A program made the position numbers and the translations under genes. From a virus: a stretch of 64,000 bases of DNA. Under the pieces are notes generated by a model, which saw only the letters and a list, made by a program, of their open reading frames with translations, was not told where the DNA came from and made no database searches. Within the stretch, counting starts at the first letter, position 1. Each line of letters starts with the position of its first letter. The stretch lies in IMG/VR virus record IMGVR_UViG_3300033148_006706, positions 1 through 64,000 of that record; one strand, given 5' to 3'. Positions 29,583 through 40,357 of this stretch are shown piece by piece.

Positions 29583-30725
29583 GTGATTAAAATATTTAAA
29601 AATCTGAACCTTCTTGAAAAAAAAGATCACATTATAAGAAAAATACCTAATTTGACTAGTGAACAGAAGGAGGAGCTAATAAATTTTTTCAATAAACACC
29701 CAAATTACGAGAACAGAATTGATTGGAATAAGTGGAAAACTTTAACATACGAAGATTTTAAAGACATTCTAGGGATTGAATCTAAGACTCAAAGGAAAAA
29801 ATCCGTTAAGATAAGTGGAATAAAAGGATTAAAAGAGGGCGAGGATTATATTCAATTGAAGAATTTGCCTGACGATACGCAAGGATATATCCCTTTGAAT
29901 TACGAGGCTTCAAAATTTATTGCTTCTAGATATGTAGGGGGTATCGAGGGGAAATGGTGTACAGCATACCAAAAAACTAGGGAATATTGGGAAGAATATA
30001 AAAGTGATAGGATAATTTTTATATATTTAATCAAAGACAATGAAAAATATGCAATAGCCGTTTATCCTGACAATAGAACTTATGAAGTTTATGATAAAAA
30101 TGATAACAAAATTTCTTATATTCCCGGTATTGATATTAAACGAGATATATTAAATAAAAAAAATATTTCTATTTTTGAAAAAATAAAAAGAGAAGTTGAA
30201 GACTACAAGCATTGGATTTATAAAGTTAAAATATCAAAAGACGCTAGATTTGAAATTGATAAGACGAATCGGGTATTTTGGTATGAAGGGACTTGGATAG
30301 ATGAGGTATGGGAAAGTGGAACCTGGAAAGATGGAACTTGGCTTGATGGTTATTGGACAGATGGAACTTGGGAGAATGGAACCTGGGAAAATGGTACTTG
30401 GGAATATGGAATCTGGGAAAATGGGGTTTGGAAAGACGGAATTTGGAAAGATGGAACTTGGTTGAAGGGGGTTTGGAAAGAGGGAATTTGGAAAAATGGA
30501 GTTTGGGAAAATGGAACTTGGGAAGATGGGACATGGGAGGATGGGTTTTGGGAAAATGGAATCTGGAAAGATGGAACTTGGAAAGATGGAACTTGGAAGG
30601 ATGGAATCTGGAAAGACGGAGTGTGGAAAGGTGGAAAGATATGGAACCCTCAAACAAAAAAATATCAGTATAGTAACAAAAACCCCTATGATTGTGAATG
30701 GGGTTTAAGCTATTACAAGAAATAA
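29583..30725 (+). CDS. GxW-repeat protein, family A
   Basis: Paralog. Confidence 0.9.
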   Translation: MIKIFKNLNLLEKKDHIIRKIPNLTSEQKEELINFFNKHPNYENRIDWNKWKTLTYEDFKDILGIESKTQRKKSVKISGIKGLKEGEDYIQLKNLPDDTQGYIPLNYEASKFIASRYVGGIEGKWCTAYQKTREYWEEYKSDRIIFIYLIKDNEKYAIAVYPDNRTYEVYDKNDNKISYIPGIDIKRDILNKKNISIFEKIKREVEDYKHWIYKVKISKDARFEIDKTNRVFWYEGTWIDEVWESGTWKDGTWLDGYWTDGTWENGTWENGTWEYGIWENGVWKDGIWKDGTWLKGVWKEGIWKNGVWENGTWEDGTWEDGFWENGIWKDGTWKDGTWKDGIWKDGVWKGGKIWNPQTKKYQYSNKNPYDCEWGLSYYKK

Positions 30726-30761
30726 TAATACTTATATTATAAAAATGGGGGGTTGAGGGGC

Positions 30762-31550
30762 ATGATCAAAATATTTAAAAATTTGAACCTTCTTGAAAAA
30801 AAAGATCACATTATAAGAAAAATGCCCAATTTAACTAGTGAACAGAAGGAAGAAATAATAAATTTTTTTAATAAGTGTCCAAATTACGAGAATGGAATTG
30901 ATTGGAACGAGTGGGAAACTTTAATATATGAAGATTTTAAGAATATTCTTAAAATTGATCCCAGAATTCAAGGAAGGGAATTTGTTAAAATAAGCGGAAT
31001 AAAAGAATTAAAGAGGGGTGATGATTATATTCAATTGAAGAAAGCCCCTAATAATGTGCAAGAATACACCCCCTTAGATTATAAAGCGTCAAAATTTATT
31101 ATTTCTGAAAAAGAAATCGGTTTTGAGCATTGGATTACCAAAGCTGAAATATTAAAGGAGGCTAAATTTAAATTTGATGGGCCTACACAAATAATTTGGT
31201 TAAGTGGAACTTGGAAAAACGGAACTTGGAAAAACGGAACTTGGAAGGATGGGATTTGGGAAAACGGAACCTGGCAAACTGGAACTTGGGAAAATGGAAC
31301 TTGGAAAAACGGAACTTGGGAAGACGGAATTTGGAAAAATGGAACTTGGAAATTTGGAACTTGGAAAGGTGGGGTTTGGAATGATGGGATTTGGGTAATG
31401 GGAATTTGGAAAGATGGAAATTGGAAAGATGGAGCATGGAAAGGCGGGGAGATATGGAATCTAGAAACAAGAAAATATGAATATAGCGATAAAAACCCAT
31501 ACGAATGTGAATGGAGTTTAAGTTATAGAAAGTTTCCATATCAATATTAA
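30762..31550 (+). CDS. GxW-repeat protein, family A, with internal deletion of the WCTA domain; 16 repeats
   Basis: ASKFI joined directly to KEIGFEHWITKAE. Confidence 0.85.
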   Translation: MIKIFKNLNLLEKKDHIIRKMPNLTSEQKEEIINFFNKCPNYENGIDWNEWETLIYEDFKNILKIDPRIQGREFVKISGIKELKRGDDYIQLKKAPNNVQEYTPLDYKASKFIISEKEIGFEHWITKAEILKEAKFKFDGPTQIIWLSGTWKNGTWKNGTWKDGIWENGTWQTGTWENGTWKNGTWEDGIWKNGTWKFGTWKGGVWNDGIWVMGIWKDGNWKDGAWKGGEIWNLETRKYEYSDKNPYECEWSLSYRKFPYQY

Positions 31551-31563
31551 AAAGAGGTGTGTT

Positions 31564-31797
31564 GTGGAAATAATAAATGAAGAAGAATTTAGAATAGATT
31601 ATAGCAATTTTTATATAGCATATAATAAAACTCAAGATTTATGGTATGCACGACATGAGAATGAAGATTTATATGAAGAAGATGTTATTATTGATATAGA
31701 AAATTTAAAAGATGAACCGGTGGAGCTATTTGATGGCTTTATACTTGATATACAAGAATTTAAAGAAATAGAGGGGCTAAAAAATACGATCATTTAG
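31564..31797 (+). CDS. Small acidic hypothetical protein
   Basis: GTG after AGAGGTG. Confidence 0.55.
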   Translation: MEIINEEEFRIDYSNFYIAYNKTQDLWYARHENEDLYEEDVIIDIENLKDEPVELFDGFILDIQEFKEIEGLKNTII

Positions 31798-31930
31798 TAC
31801 TAAGATATGAAAAGATAGATTAAGATGATGCTTGGTTAGAAAAATGATTACAATTTTTGAATTTTAAGAAAAAACTTATAGAGTTTAAGTTATAATAAAA
31901 AATAGATTAGAGAGATATGCGGTATAAAAG

Positions 31931-33163
31931 ATGGTTAGAATATTCAAAAATTTAAATTTACTCGAAAAGAAAGATCATATTATAAGAAAAATGCCCAATT
32001 TGACTAGTGAACAAAAAGAAGAGCTGATAAATTTCTTTAGTAGGCATCCTAACTATGAAAATAGAATTGATTGGAATAAGTGGAAAACTTTAACATACGA
32101 AGATTTTAAAGACATTCTAGGAATTGAATCAAAGACTCAAAGAAAGAAATCTGTTAAGATAAGTGGAATAAAAGGATTAAAAGAGGGCAAGGATTATATT
32201 CAACTGAAAGGGTTGCCTGACGATATGCAAGGATACATTCCTTTAAACTATGAGGCATCAAAATTTATTGCCTCTAAATATGTAGGAGGCATCAAAGGAA
32301 AATGGTGCACAGCATATCGAAAAAGTAAGGAATATTGGGAAAAATATACAAGTAAGAGTATAATCTTAATTTATTTGATTGGTAATAATACAAAATATGC
32401 AATATCCGTTTATCTAGATAATAGAACTTATGAAATTTATGATAGTAAGGATAACAAAATTTCTTATATTCCCGGTATTGATATTAAACGAGATATATTA
32501 AATAAAAGAAATATTTTTATTTTTGAAAAAATAAGAAGAGAAGTTGAAGACTACAAGCATTGGATTTATAAAGTTAAAATATTAAAAGGCGCTAGATTTG
32601 AAATTGATAAGACAAATCAAGTAATTTGGTATAAAGGAATTTGGATAGATGGAGTATGGGAAAGGGGAACTTGGGTTAATGGAGTTTGGCTTGATGGTTA
32701 TTGGACAGATGGAACTTGGGAAGACGGAACTTGGAAAGAGGGGACTTGGGAAAAGGGAACCTGGAAAGACGGAACCTGGGAAAAAGGAATTTGGTATGGC
32801 GGGATTTGGAAAGATGGGATCTGGGAATTTGGAACTTGGAAAGATGGAACTTGGAAAGGGGGGACTTGGGAAAAGGGTACTTGGGAAGACGGAACTTGGG
32901 AAGATGGCTTCTGGGAAAACGGAACTTGGGAAGATGGGACTTGGCTGGAGGGGGTTTGGAAAGATGGAACTTGGGAAGACGGAACTTGGGAAGATGGAAC
33001 TTGGAAATATGGAGTCTGGGAAGGTGGAGTTTGGAAAGATGGAATTTGGGAAAGTGGAGTGTGGGAAGGTGGAAAGATATGGAACCTGAAAACAAAAAAA
33101 TATAAATATAGCGATAAGAACCCATACGAATGTGAATGGAGTTTGAGTTATTACAAAAGATAA
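31931..33163 (+). CDS. GxW-repeat protein, family A
   Basis: Paralog. Confidence 0.9.
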   Translation: MVRIFKNLNLLEKKDHIIRKMPNLTSEQKEELINFFSRHPNYENRIDWNKWKTLTYEDFKDILGIESKTQRKKSVKISGIKGLKEGKDYIQLKGLPDDMQGYIPLNYEASKFIASKYVGGIKGKWCTAYRKSKEYWEKYTSKSIILIYLIGNNTKYAISVYLDNRTYEIYDSKDNKISYIPGIDIKRDILNKRNIFIFEKIRREVEDYKHWIYKVKILKGARFEIDKTNQVIWYKGIWIDGVWERGTWVNGVWLDGYWTDGTWEDGTWKEGTWEKGTWKDGTWEKGIWYGGIWKDGIWEFGTWKDGTWKGGTWEKGTWEDGTWEDGFWENGTWEDGTWLEGVWKDGTWEDGTWEDGTWKYGVWEGGVWKDGIWESGVWEGGKIWNLKTKKYKYSDKNPYECEWSLSYYKR

Positions 33164-33196
33164 TAATATTTATGGCGTAAAAAGGGAGAATAAAAG

Positions 33197-34384
33197 ATGA
33201 TTAGAATATTTAAAAATTTAAACTTACTTGAAAAAAAAGATCATATTATAAGAAAGATGCCCAATTTGACTAGTGAGCAGAAGGAAGAGCTAATAAACTT
33301 TTTCAACAAACATCCAAATTATGAAAACAGGATTGATTGGAACAAATGGAAAACTTTAACTTATGATGATTTTAAAAATGTTCTAGGGATTGAATCTAAA
33401 ACTCAGAGAAAAAAATCTGTCAAAACAAAAGGAATACGGGGATTAAAGGAAGGCGAGGATTATGTTCAATTAAAAGAACTTCCAAATAATGTAGAGGCAT
33501 ATATTCCTTTAAATTATGAGGCTTCAAAATTTATTGCCTCCAAATATGTAGGGGGTATCGAGGGAAAATGGTGTACTGCATATCAAAAAACCGATGAGTA
33601 TTGGAAGAAATATACAAATGAGAGTATAATCTTAATTTATTTAATTAGTAATGATACAAAATATGCAATAGCCGTTTATCCAAATAATAAAACTCATAAA
33701 ATTTATGATAGTGATGATAACAAAATTTCTTATATCCCTGATATTTATATTAACCGAGATATATTAAATAAAAGAAACATTTCTATTTTTGAAAAAATAA
33801 GAAGAGAAGTTGAAGATTATAAGCATTGGGTTCATAAAGCTGAAATATCGAAAGACGCCAAATTCGAAATTGATAAGACAAATCAAGTAATTTGGTACAA
33901 AGGGGTTTGGATAGATGGATTATGGGAAAGGGGAACCTGGAAAGATGGAACTTGGGAATATGGAATCTGGAAAGATGGTATCTGGGAAAAAGGAATCTGG
34001 AAAGATGGTATTTGGGAAGACGGAACTTGGAAATTTGGAACTTGGGTATACGGAATTTGGATAGATGGAACTTGGGAAAACGGAACTTGGAAGAAGGGAA
34101 CCTGGGAAGATGGAGTCTGGGAAACCGGAACTTGGGCGAAAGGAACTTGGGAAGATGGAATCTGGAAAGATGGGGTTTGGAAAGATGGAACCTGGGAGTC
34201 TGGAACTTGGGAATATGGAACCTGGAAAGATGGCATCTGGGAAGGTGGGGATTGGGACGATGGAAATTGGGAAAAGGGAGTATGGAAAGGTGGAAGGATA
34301 TGGAGTTCAAAAACAGAAAGATATGAATATAGTGTAAAAAATCCTTATGACTGTAAATGGAGTTTAAGCTATAAAAAACGTTAG
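33197..34384 (+). CDS. GxW-repeat protein, family A
   Basis: Paralog. Confidence 0.9.
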   Translation: MIRIFKNLNLLEKKDHIIRKMPNLTSEQKEELINFFNKHPNYENRIDWNKWKTLTYDDFKNVLGIESKTQRKKSVKTKGIRGLKEGEDYVQLKELPNNVEAYIPLNYEASKFIASKYVGGIEGKWCTAYQKTDEYWKKYTNESIILIYLISNDTKYAIAVYPNNKTHKIYDSDDNKISYIPDIYINRDILNKRNISIFEKIRREVEDYKHWVHKAEISKDAKFEIDKTNQVIWYKGVWIDGLWERGTWKDGTWEYGIWKDGIWEKGIWKDGIWEDGTWKFGTWVYGIWIDGTWENGTWKKGTWEDGVWETGTWAKGTWEDGIWKDGVWKDGTWESGTWEYGTWKDGIWEGGDWDDGNWEKGVWKGGRIWSSKTERYEYSVKNPYDCKWSLSYKKR

Positions 34385-34435
34385 ATTGTAAATAATTAAA
34401 GTTTTATTTGCTTAATTACTAATATAATAGAACGA

Positions 34436-34888
34436 ATGGGAAATAGTATGGAAAATAAAAAGATAATAGAAGAATTCAACAGGCTTCTTAAAGTAAGACT
34501 CTATAAGCAAGGAGAAAATCAGTGGCGCCTTGTACCGGTGCAAAAACGTGATGGTACACAAATTAGAAGAGGAGAAATTATATTCAGAGGAGATGAAGAA
34601 AAGCTTAAATTACTTCTCCGTAGATTAAAAGCTAAAGATAATGAAACCGATCCGCCGTCGGTAAAGAATAGAACATATCAACAAATGATAGACGGAGCAA
34701 AGGATAAAAGCGATCCGTGGATTTGGATCGAACTAAAAGATTGGAATAAATATAGAAATAATAATAAGATAACTACTATGGAAAATTATAAAACTTTAAA
34801 TCTTGAAATTAATAAACCGGTAAAAATAGAACAGAAAGACGGGGCTCTTATTTTAGAGAGAGGGGATAAAATACGTATATTACAATAA
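34436..34888 (+). CDS. Hypothetical protein with C-terminal LxRGDKI module
   Basis: Late motif at 34417; LEINKPVKIEQKDGALILERGDKIRILQ. Confidence 0.7.
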   Translation: MGNSMENKKIIEEFNRLLKVRLYKQGENQWRLVPVQKRDGTQIRRGEIIFRGDEEKLKLLLRRLKAKDNETDPPSVKNRTYQQMIDGAKDKSDPWIWIELKDWNKYRNNNKITTMENYKTLNLEINKPVKIEQKDGALILERGDKIRILQ

Positions 34889-34918
34889 AACAGAATACAT
34901 AGGTGGATAATATTAATA

Positions 34919-35281
34919 ATGAAAGCTATATTTAAAGTTTATGAACAAGAGACATTGGAGAATTATTTTAAAAAAGAACTAACATGGACTCTTTCAGAAA
35001 AGTTAGAATATAATATTGCTATACAGAATCAAACAAAAATCATAAATTTTAGCGATATTGATAATATAAAACTTATACTTTTTTCAAGTACAAATAATGA
35101 AATATTTAAAGTAAGAATTAGCACTTCTACAGATACTATAACATTTACAGTAGATGATATATTCTTATTTACCCCGACCGACTTAATGATAAATAGTATA
35201 ACAGAAATAGCATTGGTTGAGGAATTGGGCAATGAAGTAGAGGTAAAAACGATATTTTATGGAGAATTACAAGAAAGCTAA
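34919..35281 (+). CDS. Hypothetical protein
   Basis: ORF. Confidence 0.6.
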   Translation: MKAIFKVYEQETLENYFKKELTWTLSEKLEYNIAIQNQTKIINFSDIDNIKLILFSSTNNEIFKVRISTSTDTITFTVDDIFLFTPTDLMINSITEIALVEELGNEVEVKTIFYGELQES

Positions 35282-35302
35282 ATTATAAAAAAGGATTATA
35301 AT

Positions 35303-35551
35303 ATGACAGATATTGAAATTTTTTTACAAAGAAACATGGACAGGATGGATAGGGACACGTTGATAGGGGTGATGGCCGATAAATTTAATTTGAGCTTGGA
35401 ACAAGCAGAAGAAATAATTATGGAAAGGGAAAAAATAAGAAAAAAAGAATCCCTTATAACAGTAACAAGATCTTTTTTAATAGAGACGAATAATATAGTT
35501 TTTGCTTTAGAAAAAGGGGATAAAATTAATATATTACATAGAGTTGAGTAA
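35303..35551 (+). CDS. Small protein with LxKGDKI module
   Basis: ITVTRSFLIETNNIVFALEKGDKINIL. Confidence 0.65.
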   Translation: MTDIEIFLQRNMDRMDRDTLIGVMADKFNLSLEQAEEIIMEREKIRKKESLITVTRSFLIETNNIVFALEKGDKINILHRVE

Positions 35552-36528
35552 TGCCATTACCAGAACCAAGAAAAGATGAAAGTAAACAAGATTTTATTAG
35601 TAGATGTGCAGGAGACAGCACAATGAATAGTGAGTTTCCTGATCAAAAACAAAGACTTGCGGTTTGTTATAGTCAATGGAAAAAACAAAAAAAAGAAGAA
35701 ATTATAAAACAAATAGAAAAGAAAAAAGAGAATGTAATTGAAATAACTAGACCGGTGAAAATAGAACAAAAAAATAAGATTATTTTCTTAGAAAAAGGGG
35801 ATAAGATTACACTATTAGAAGTGTCTCCTTTAAGAGAGTTTAATAATTTTTTTATAGAAGCAAGTATTTCAAGTGATGCAATAATCGAATGGGATCAAAG
35901 GAATGATACCCCAACCTGGAAGAGGGGAATTTGGGGAAGTGGAACATGGAAAGAAGGAGATTGGGAAAATGGAACTTGGAAAGATGGAACTTGGAAAGAT
36001 GGAACTTGGGAACTTGGAATTTGGGAGAGGGGGACTTGGGAAGATGGTATTTGGGAAAGCGGTATTTGGAAAAGTGGGACTTGGAAAGATGGTACTTGGA
36101 AAGGTGGAACTTGGATAAAAGGAACCTGGGAATTCGGAACTTGGATAGAAGGAACCTGGAGAAAGGGTACTTGGAAAAATGGAGTTTGGAAGTATGGAAC
36201 TTGGTATGGTGGGATTTGGGAAGATGGAATTTGGATGTATGGAGTTTGGAATGATGGAATCTGGAAAAATGGGACTTGGAAAGATGGAACCTGGGAAAAT
36301 GGAACTTGGTTATACGGAACATGGGAAAGCGGAACTTGGAAAGATGGAACTTGGGAAAATGGAACTTGGAAAGATGGAACTTGGATCGACGGGGTATGGA
36401 TAGACGGAATTTGGGAAGGTGGAGTATGGAAAGGTGGGAAAATATGGAATCCTAAAATAAGAAATTATGAATATAGCAACAAAAATCCATACGAATGTGA
36501 ATGGAGTTTAAGTTATATGAAGAGGTGA
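35551..36528 (+). CDS. GxW-repeat protein with MPLPEP..FISRC..QRLAVCYSQW domain and LxKGDKI module
   Basis: A different N-terminal domain on the same repeat tract and cap. Confidence 0.88.
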   Translation: MPLPEPRKDESKQDFISRCAGDSTMNSEFPDQKQRLAVCYSQWKKQKKEEIIKQIEKKKENVIEITRPVKIEQKNKIIFLEKGDKITLLEVSPLREFNNFFIEASISSDAIIEWDQRNDTPTWKRGIWGSGTWKEGDWENGTWKDGTWKDGTWELGIWERGTWEDGIWESGIWKSGTWKDGTWKGGTWIKGTWEFGTWIEGTWRKGTWKNGVWKYGTWYGGIWEDGIWMYGVWNDGIWKNGTWKDGTWENGTWLYGTWESGTWKDGTWENGTWKDGTWIDGVWIDGIWEGGVWKGGKIWNPKIRNYEYSNKNPYECEWSLSYMKR

Positions 36529-36536
36529 TTGTTATT

Positions 36537-37124
36537 ATGAATAAGAAAATAAAAAAAATTTCTCCATACGTACAAGAACTCGTAAAATTGACTGGCAAAA
36601 AGGTAAGTGAAATAGAAAAACTTTGGGATAAAGCAAAAAAAATTGCAAAAGATATGTACGGAATCGAAGAAAAAGATTTTAAAGAAACGCATTATAGATT
36701 TATGGTTGATACAGTAAAAAACATGCTGGGATTTAATGAAAATAAGTCTCTTGTTGTTGAATTTATAAATTCAGAAAAATCAGCTAAAGAATTTATTCAA
36801 GAAGCTATTACTACAACAAGTGATTTTCCCCAACTTTGGAAAAGCCATATTAAATCGGAAGAAGATGAAGATGATGAAATAAATGTTGGTGAAGAAATAG
36901 ATAAAATTGTTAAACAAACAGAAATCGAAGATAATTATAATGACGGGTCAAATAAAAAAATAGTGTATGATATAGAACAATTAAAGAAATTTCCTATTGA
37001 GGAAGTATATAAAATAGAGGAAGGTATCACGATGGAAATTAAGCTGCCCAATGGAAAGCGAAAATATATTAAAGCGGAGTCGATAGAAAAAGCAAAAGAA
37101 GAAGGATGGTGTATAGGGGATTAG
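36537..37124 (+). CDS. Hypothetical protein (TGK..SEIEKLWDKAK phage motif)
   Basis: ATG 36537 after GAGGTG. Confidence 0.65.
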   Translation: MNKKIKKISPYVQELVKLTGKKVSEIEKLWDKAKKIAKDMYGIEEKDFKETHYRFMVDTVKNMLGFNENKSLVVEFINSEKSAKEFIQEAITTTSDFPQLWKSHIKSEEDEDDEINVGEEIDKIVKQTEIEDNYNDGSNKKIVYDIEQLKKFPIEEVYKIEEGITMEIKLPNGKRKYIKAESIEKAKEEGWCIGD

Positions 37125-37159
37125 TTTAAAAAAATGTAAAAAAAGTATATATTAATAAT

Positions 37160-37720
37160 ATGAAAAACACACTTGAAAAATATGTAGAATTTGTACAAGA
37201 GCAAATTCAAAAGTATCACAGATACTCCCAACTTATAAATTATGATGCCGGGGAAATAAATCCTGAAGCAATTAATACAGCACTTGCTCAATATAATGAC
37301 ATATTACTTATGCTTATCTCAGAATACAATAGATTAAAAGCGGATGCGCATGATGTTGAGGTTGAATATCAAATATGGTGGGATGATAAATTTACTTCTA
37401 TGCGTAGGCAATTAAACCCACCGGATATTGTTGCCTCTAAATGGCTTTCTAAGAGTGAAATAGAATCAGAAACTCGAGCTCAGTATTCTAAAGAATATAG
37501 AGAATGGCAAGATAAATTATTTCAAGCACAACAGAAGAAAGCTTTTTTAGGACAATTATTGGACTCATGGAAAAAAATGGATTCAATTCTTATCACAATT
37601 AGTACAAATCTAAGAGCAGAAATGCGTTCTCTATCACTTGATAATAGACTGATGTATAAAAAAGAAGAATTAGCGAGCTCTTCCACTCCAATAAGACGGG
37701 AAAAAATCATTAAAAAATAA
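37160..37720 (+). CDS. Helical protein, possibly a UvsY-like recombination mediator
   Basis: All-helical, with a C-terminal pattern like UvsY-type proteins; TATATT-type promoter. Confidence 0.45.
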   Translation: MKNTLEKYVEFVQEQIQKYHRYSQLINYDAGEINPEAINTALAQYNDILLMLISEYNRLKADAHDVEVEYQIWWDDKFTSMRRQLNPPDIVASKWLSKSEIESETRAQYSKEYREWQDKLFQAQQKKAFLGQLLDSWKKMDSILITISTNLRAEMRSLSLDNRLMYKKEELASSSTPIRREKIIKK

Positions 37721-37770
37721 TTGTAAACCTATTACTAATATACTATAGACATTAGAAATAGGTTAGCTTA

Positions 37771-38289
37771 GTGGGGTATCAAGATAAAATTTCCTCTACA
37801 TTTGCGCAATGGACTCGCAATATAAACGATTATAAAATCCAGCAAAGTGGATTTGAAGGTCAAGTTATTCGTCTTAAGACAACAGCAAACATGTACGGGG
37901 ACGAAACAGAGTGGGAAATAGTTTCTCATGACATTGTAACTGTTTCACTTTCTATTCCAGGTGAGATTCCTTTAACAAGATTGCGAAAGGACGTAACTGA
38001 AGAAGTTCCAGAAATTAAAAATGTTTTTCTTTACGATATATTGCCTATTACAGGCAGTTCACGTTTTGAAGATAATATAGAGAAAGATGATTTACTTATA
38101 CATAAAATATATACTGAAAGGGAAAAAGATTCATACTATCTTGTACTTAAAGTATCTGAAATTCAAGGGAATATATCAATTAAGCAACTTATTAGAAAAT
38201 CTTTTTCTTGTGCTCCATATAATGGATCCCTTCCACAAAAGGTACAAGATATTATCGATAGTTATATAGAAGATGAGGATAAAATATAA
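37771..38289 (+). CDS. Putative head-closure/neck protein
   Basis: Late motif at 37733; NMYGD, beta-rich. Confidence 0.4.
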   Translation: MGYQDKISSTFAQWTRNINDYKIQQSGFEGQVIRLKTTANMYGDETEWEIVSHDIVTVSLSIPGEIPLTRLRKDVTEEVPEIKNVFLYDILPITGSSRFEDNIEKDDLLIHKIYTEREKDSYYLVLKVSEIQGNISIKQLIRKSFSCAPYNGSLPQKVQDIIDSYIEDEDKI

Positions 38290-39704
38290 TGACTACAGGG
38301 GAAAAATTAAAAAAAAATTTAGGTCTTGAAAAATTAAAATATGTTAAAATAAGTAGGGCAGTTTTGTCTTCGTATAGAATTTTATTTGTTTGGTACGATA
38401 GTTACAGGCCTACAATGCCTATAACCAATCACAGAATAAAAAAGTTTCCGTGGATAGCTCATATTTTTCATGGAACCGACTTATACCACAATACAAATAA
38501 AATAACAGTTTTTACTCCAGCTATTAATATAGAGGATTATAATGGTGCTATTAGAGGGTCACTAATTATTCCTGTTAATCTAGCGGGGGATAGATTTATT
38601 AATAAGAAACAATTTACAAAAATTTTTGAAAGTAAATTGAATGAGAAGTTTGTTGATTATATCAAAAGCGTATTCAATAATAAAGAGTATACAATTTATG
38701 TAAACCCCACTGCTAAAGAAGTAAAAGAAATACATAAAGAAGACCCTGATAATCCGGGAATGCGGGGCATATTCCTTTCAAATATTAATAAAGTATTCGT
38801 TGCTAATTCAAATTTGTTACATAAAAGTATAAAAAACTATTTAGAAAAGCTTTATTCTCCTCTTAATCTTAATGAATATGGATTATATTTCACAACTGAT
38901 AGCAGAATAGAAACAATAATAATAGAATGTATAAGCGATGACGCATTTAAAGAATTTGTATCTAGTGATTTTTATAATAAATTTCTTTTAAATTATGAAA
39001 TCGAGTTAAAAGAAGTGCTACTTGAGAAACAATCTATATTACTTGGAGAGAGGGCTTTAAAAGAATTTGTAACACTTAATGATTTAAAAAGTGTTGATAC
39101 TATTAGTAATTTTACACAAGTATGGAGAAAAGATAGGAATCGAGTTATGGGCGCAGAGAATATAACTGCTAAACTTATTGATTGTGTTATAGATGAAGCT
39201 GATAGAAGTGTTACATTTCAATTTCTTACTGAAGCGACAGAATTGGGGAATAAAGAACCAAACGATAATATAAATAGCCCATACAGATTTTATCCGGGGC
39301 CTAAAGGGGAAGTTGATCCCGAGACTTTTAAAATAAAGCGTAATAGAAGCAGAACGTATGAAATACAAATTAAAATACTTGAATTTTTTGATTGGCTAGA
39401 TGCATTTGAAGGTGAAAAAATAGGACGAAAAGAAATAAATGAAATTTTAGAAGTAAGTAATGTACAAATATTTAGTACAAGCCCATCTTTTCATTGGCAA
39501 GGGATGAATTATAATCTTTCTCAAATAGATGCAAGTATATATCCAACTGACATTCCAAATTCAGTATGGGGGCCACGACATGGCGATCCTAGTGGATATT
39601 TTCTTGACAAACACACTTATGGATTACTAAGACAAATTTCATTTTTTGCACAACAAATGGGAAGTATGTTAACTGGTAAACTTCAAAGAAGAGGGCTAAT
39701 ATAA
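38289..39704 (+). CDS. Multidomain hypothetical protein with Cys-less SWIM-like C-terminus
   Basis: STSPSFHWQG..Y...LDKH. Confidence 0.65.
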   Translation: MTTGEKLKKNLGLEKLKYVKISRAVLSSYRILFVWYDSYRPTMPITNHRIKKFPWIAHIFHGTDLYHNTNKITVFTPAINIEDYNGAIRGSLIIPVNLAGDRFINKKQFTKIFESKLNEKFVDYIKSVFNNKEYTIYVNPTAKEVKEIHKEDPDNPGMRGIFLSNINKVFVANSNLLHKSIKNYLEKLYSPLNLNEYGLYFTTDSRIETIIIECISDDAFKEFVSSDFYNKFLLNYEIELKEVLLEKQSILLGERALKEFVTLNDLKSVDTISNFTQVWRKDRNRVMGAENITAKLIDCVIDEADRSVTFQFLTEATELGNKEPNDNINSPYRFYPGPKGEVDPETFKIKRNRSRTYEIQIKILEFFDWLDAFEGEKIGRKEINEILEVSNVQIFSTSPSFHWQGMNYNLSQIDASIYPTDIPNSVWGPRHGDPSGYFLDKHTYGLLRQISFFAQQMGSMLTGKLQRRGLI

Positions 39705-39779
39705 TATTTTAAGATTTTTTTACTAAAATATCATAGGAATATAATATTTAAAATTGTTATAATAGAGAGGATAAGAATA

Positions 39780-40355
39780 ATGATCAATATTATAAGAGAA
39801 ATTAGATTTAGCAAATACTTTCCTTTTGTGGTTAATAAAGATTCGTTGAAACATTTTCAAGCAAATTTTAAACTAGATCCGTCTATTGTACAGATACAAA
39901 ATGACGAAGGCGAATGGGTGAGCTTAGATACTATAATAGATAAAGAAAAAGGGCTGAAATATACTGTAGATATTAAAAAGGTGTCTGGAGGCAAACGAGT
40001 ACCGGTTAATCGAGGTAATATTATAGACGAGATAAAAGTTTTTGTACATGTAGTTACTTTTTCAAATGATTTTACAACTATGAGGAATTTAAAAGGCAAT
40101 TTTGGCATTATGGTTTTTTCAACTGTTGCCAGAATTTTAATAGAGTTTCAAAAGAGGTATTCAACGCAATTTCAATGTTTTACATTTACTCCAGCACATC
40201 CTAAATTAGAAGGTGTTTATGAAATATTAGCTAGAGAATCCGAAAAACAAGGAGACCTGGTATATATAAATAGTAATATTGGAAGATCATCAAAAAAATG
40301 GTATTTATTAAATAAGAAACTTTGGAAAAAATATACACAAATTAAAGGAGTTTAA
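39780..40355 (+). CDS. Hypothetical protein
   Basis: ORF with RBS GAGG. Confidence 0.65.
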   Translation: MINIIREIRFSKYFPFVVNKDSLKHFQANFKLDPSIVQIQNDEGEWVSLDTIIDKEKGLKYTVDIKKVSGGKRVPVNRGNIIDEIKVFVHVVTFSNDFTTMRNLKGNFGIMVFSTVARILIEFQKRYSTQFQCFTFTPAHPKLEGVYEILARESEKQGDLVYINSNIGRSSKKWYLLNKKLWKKYTQIKGV

Positions 40356-40357
40356 TT

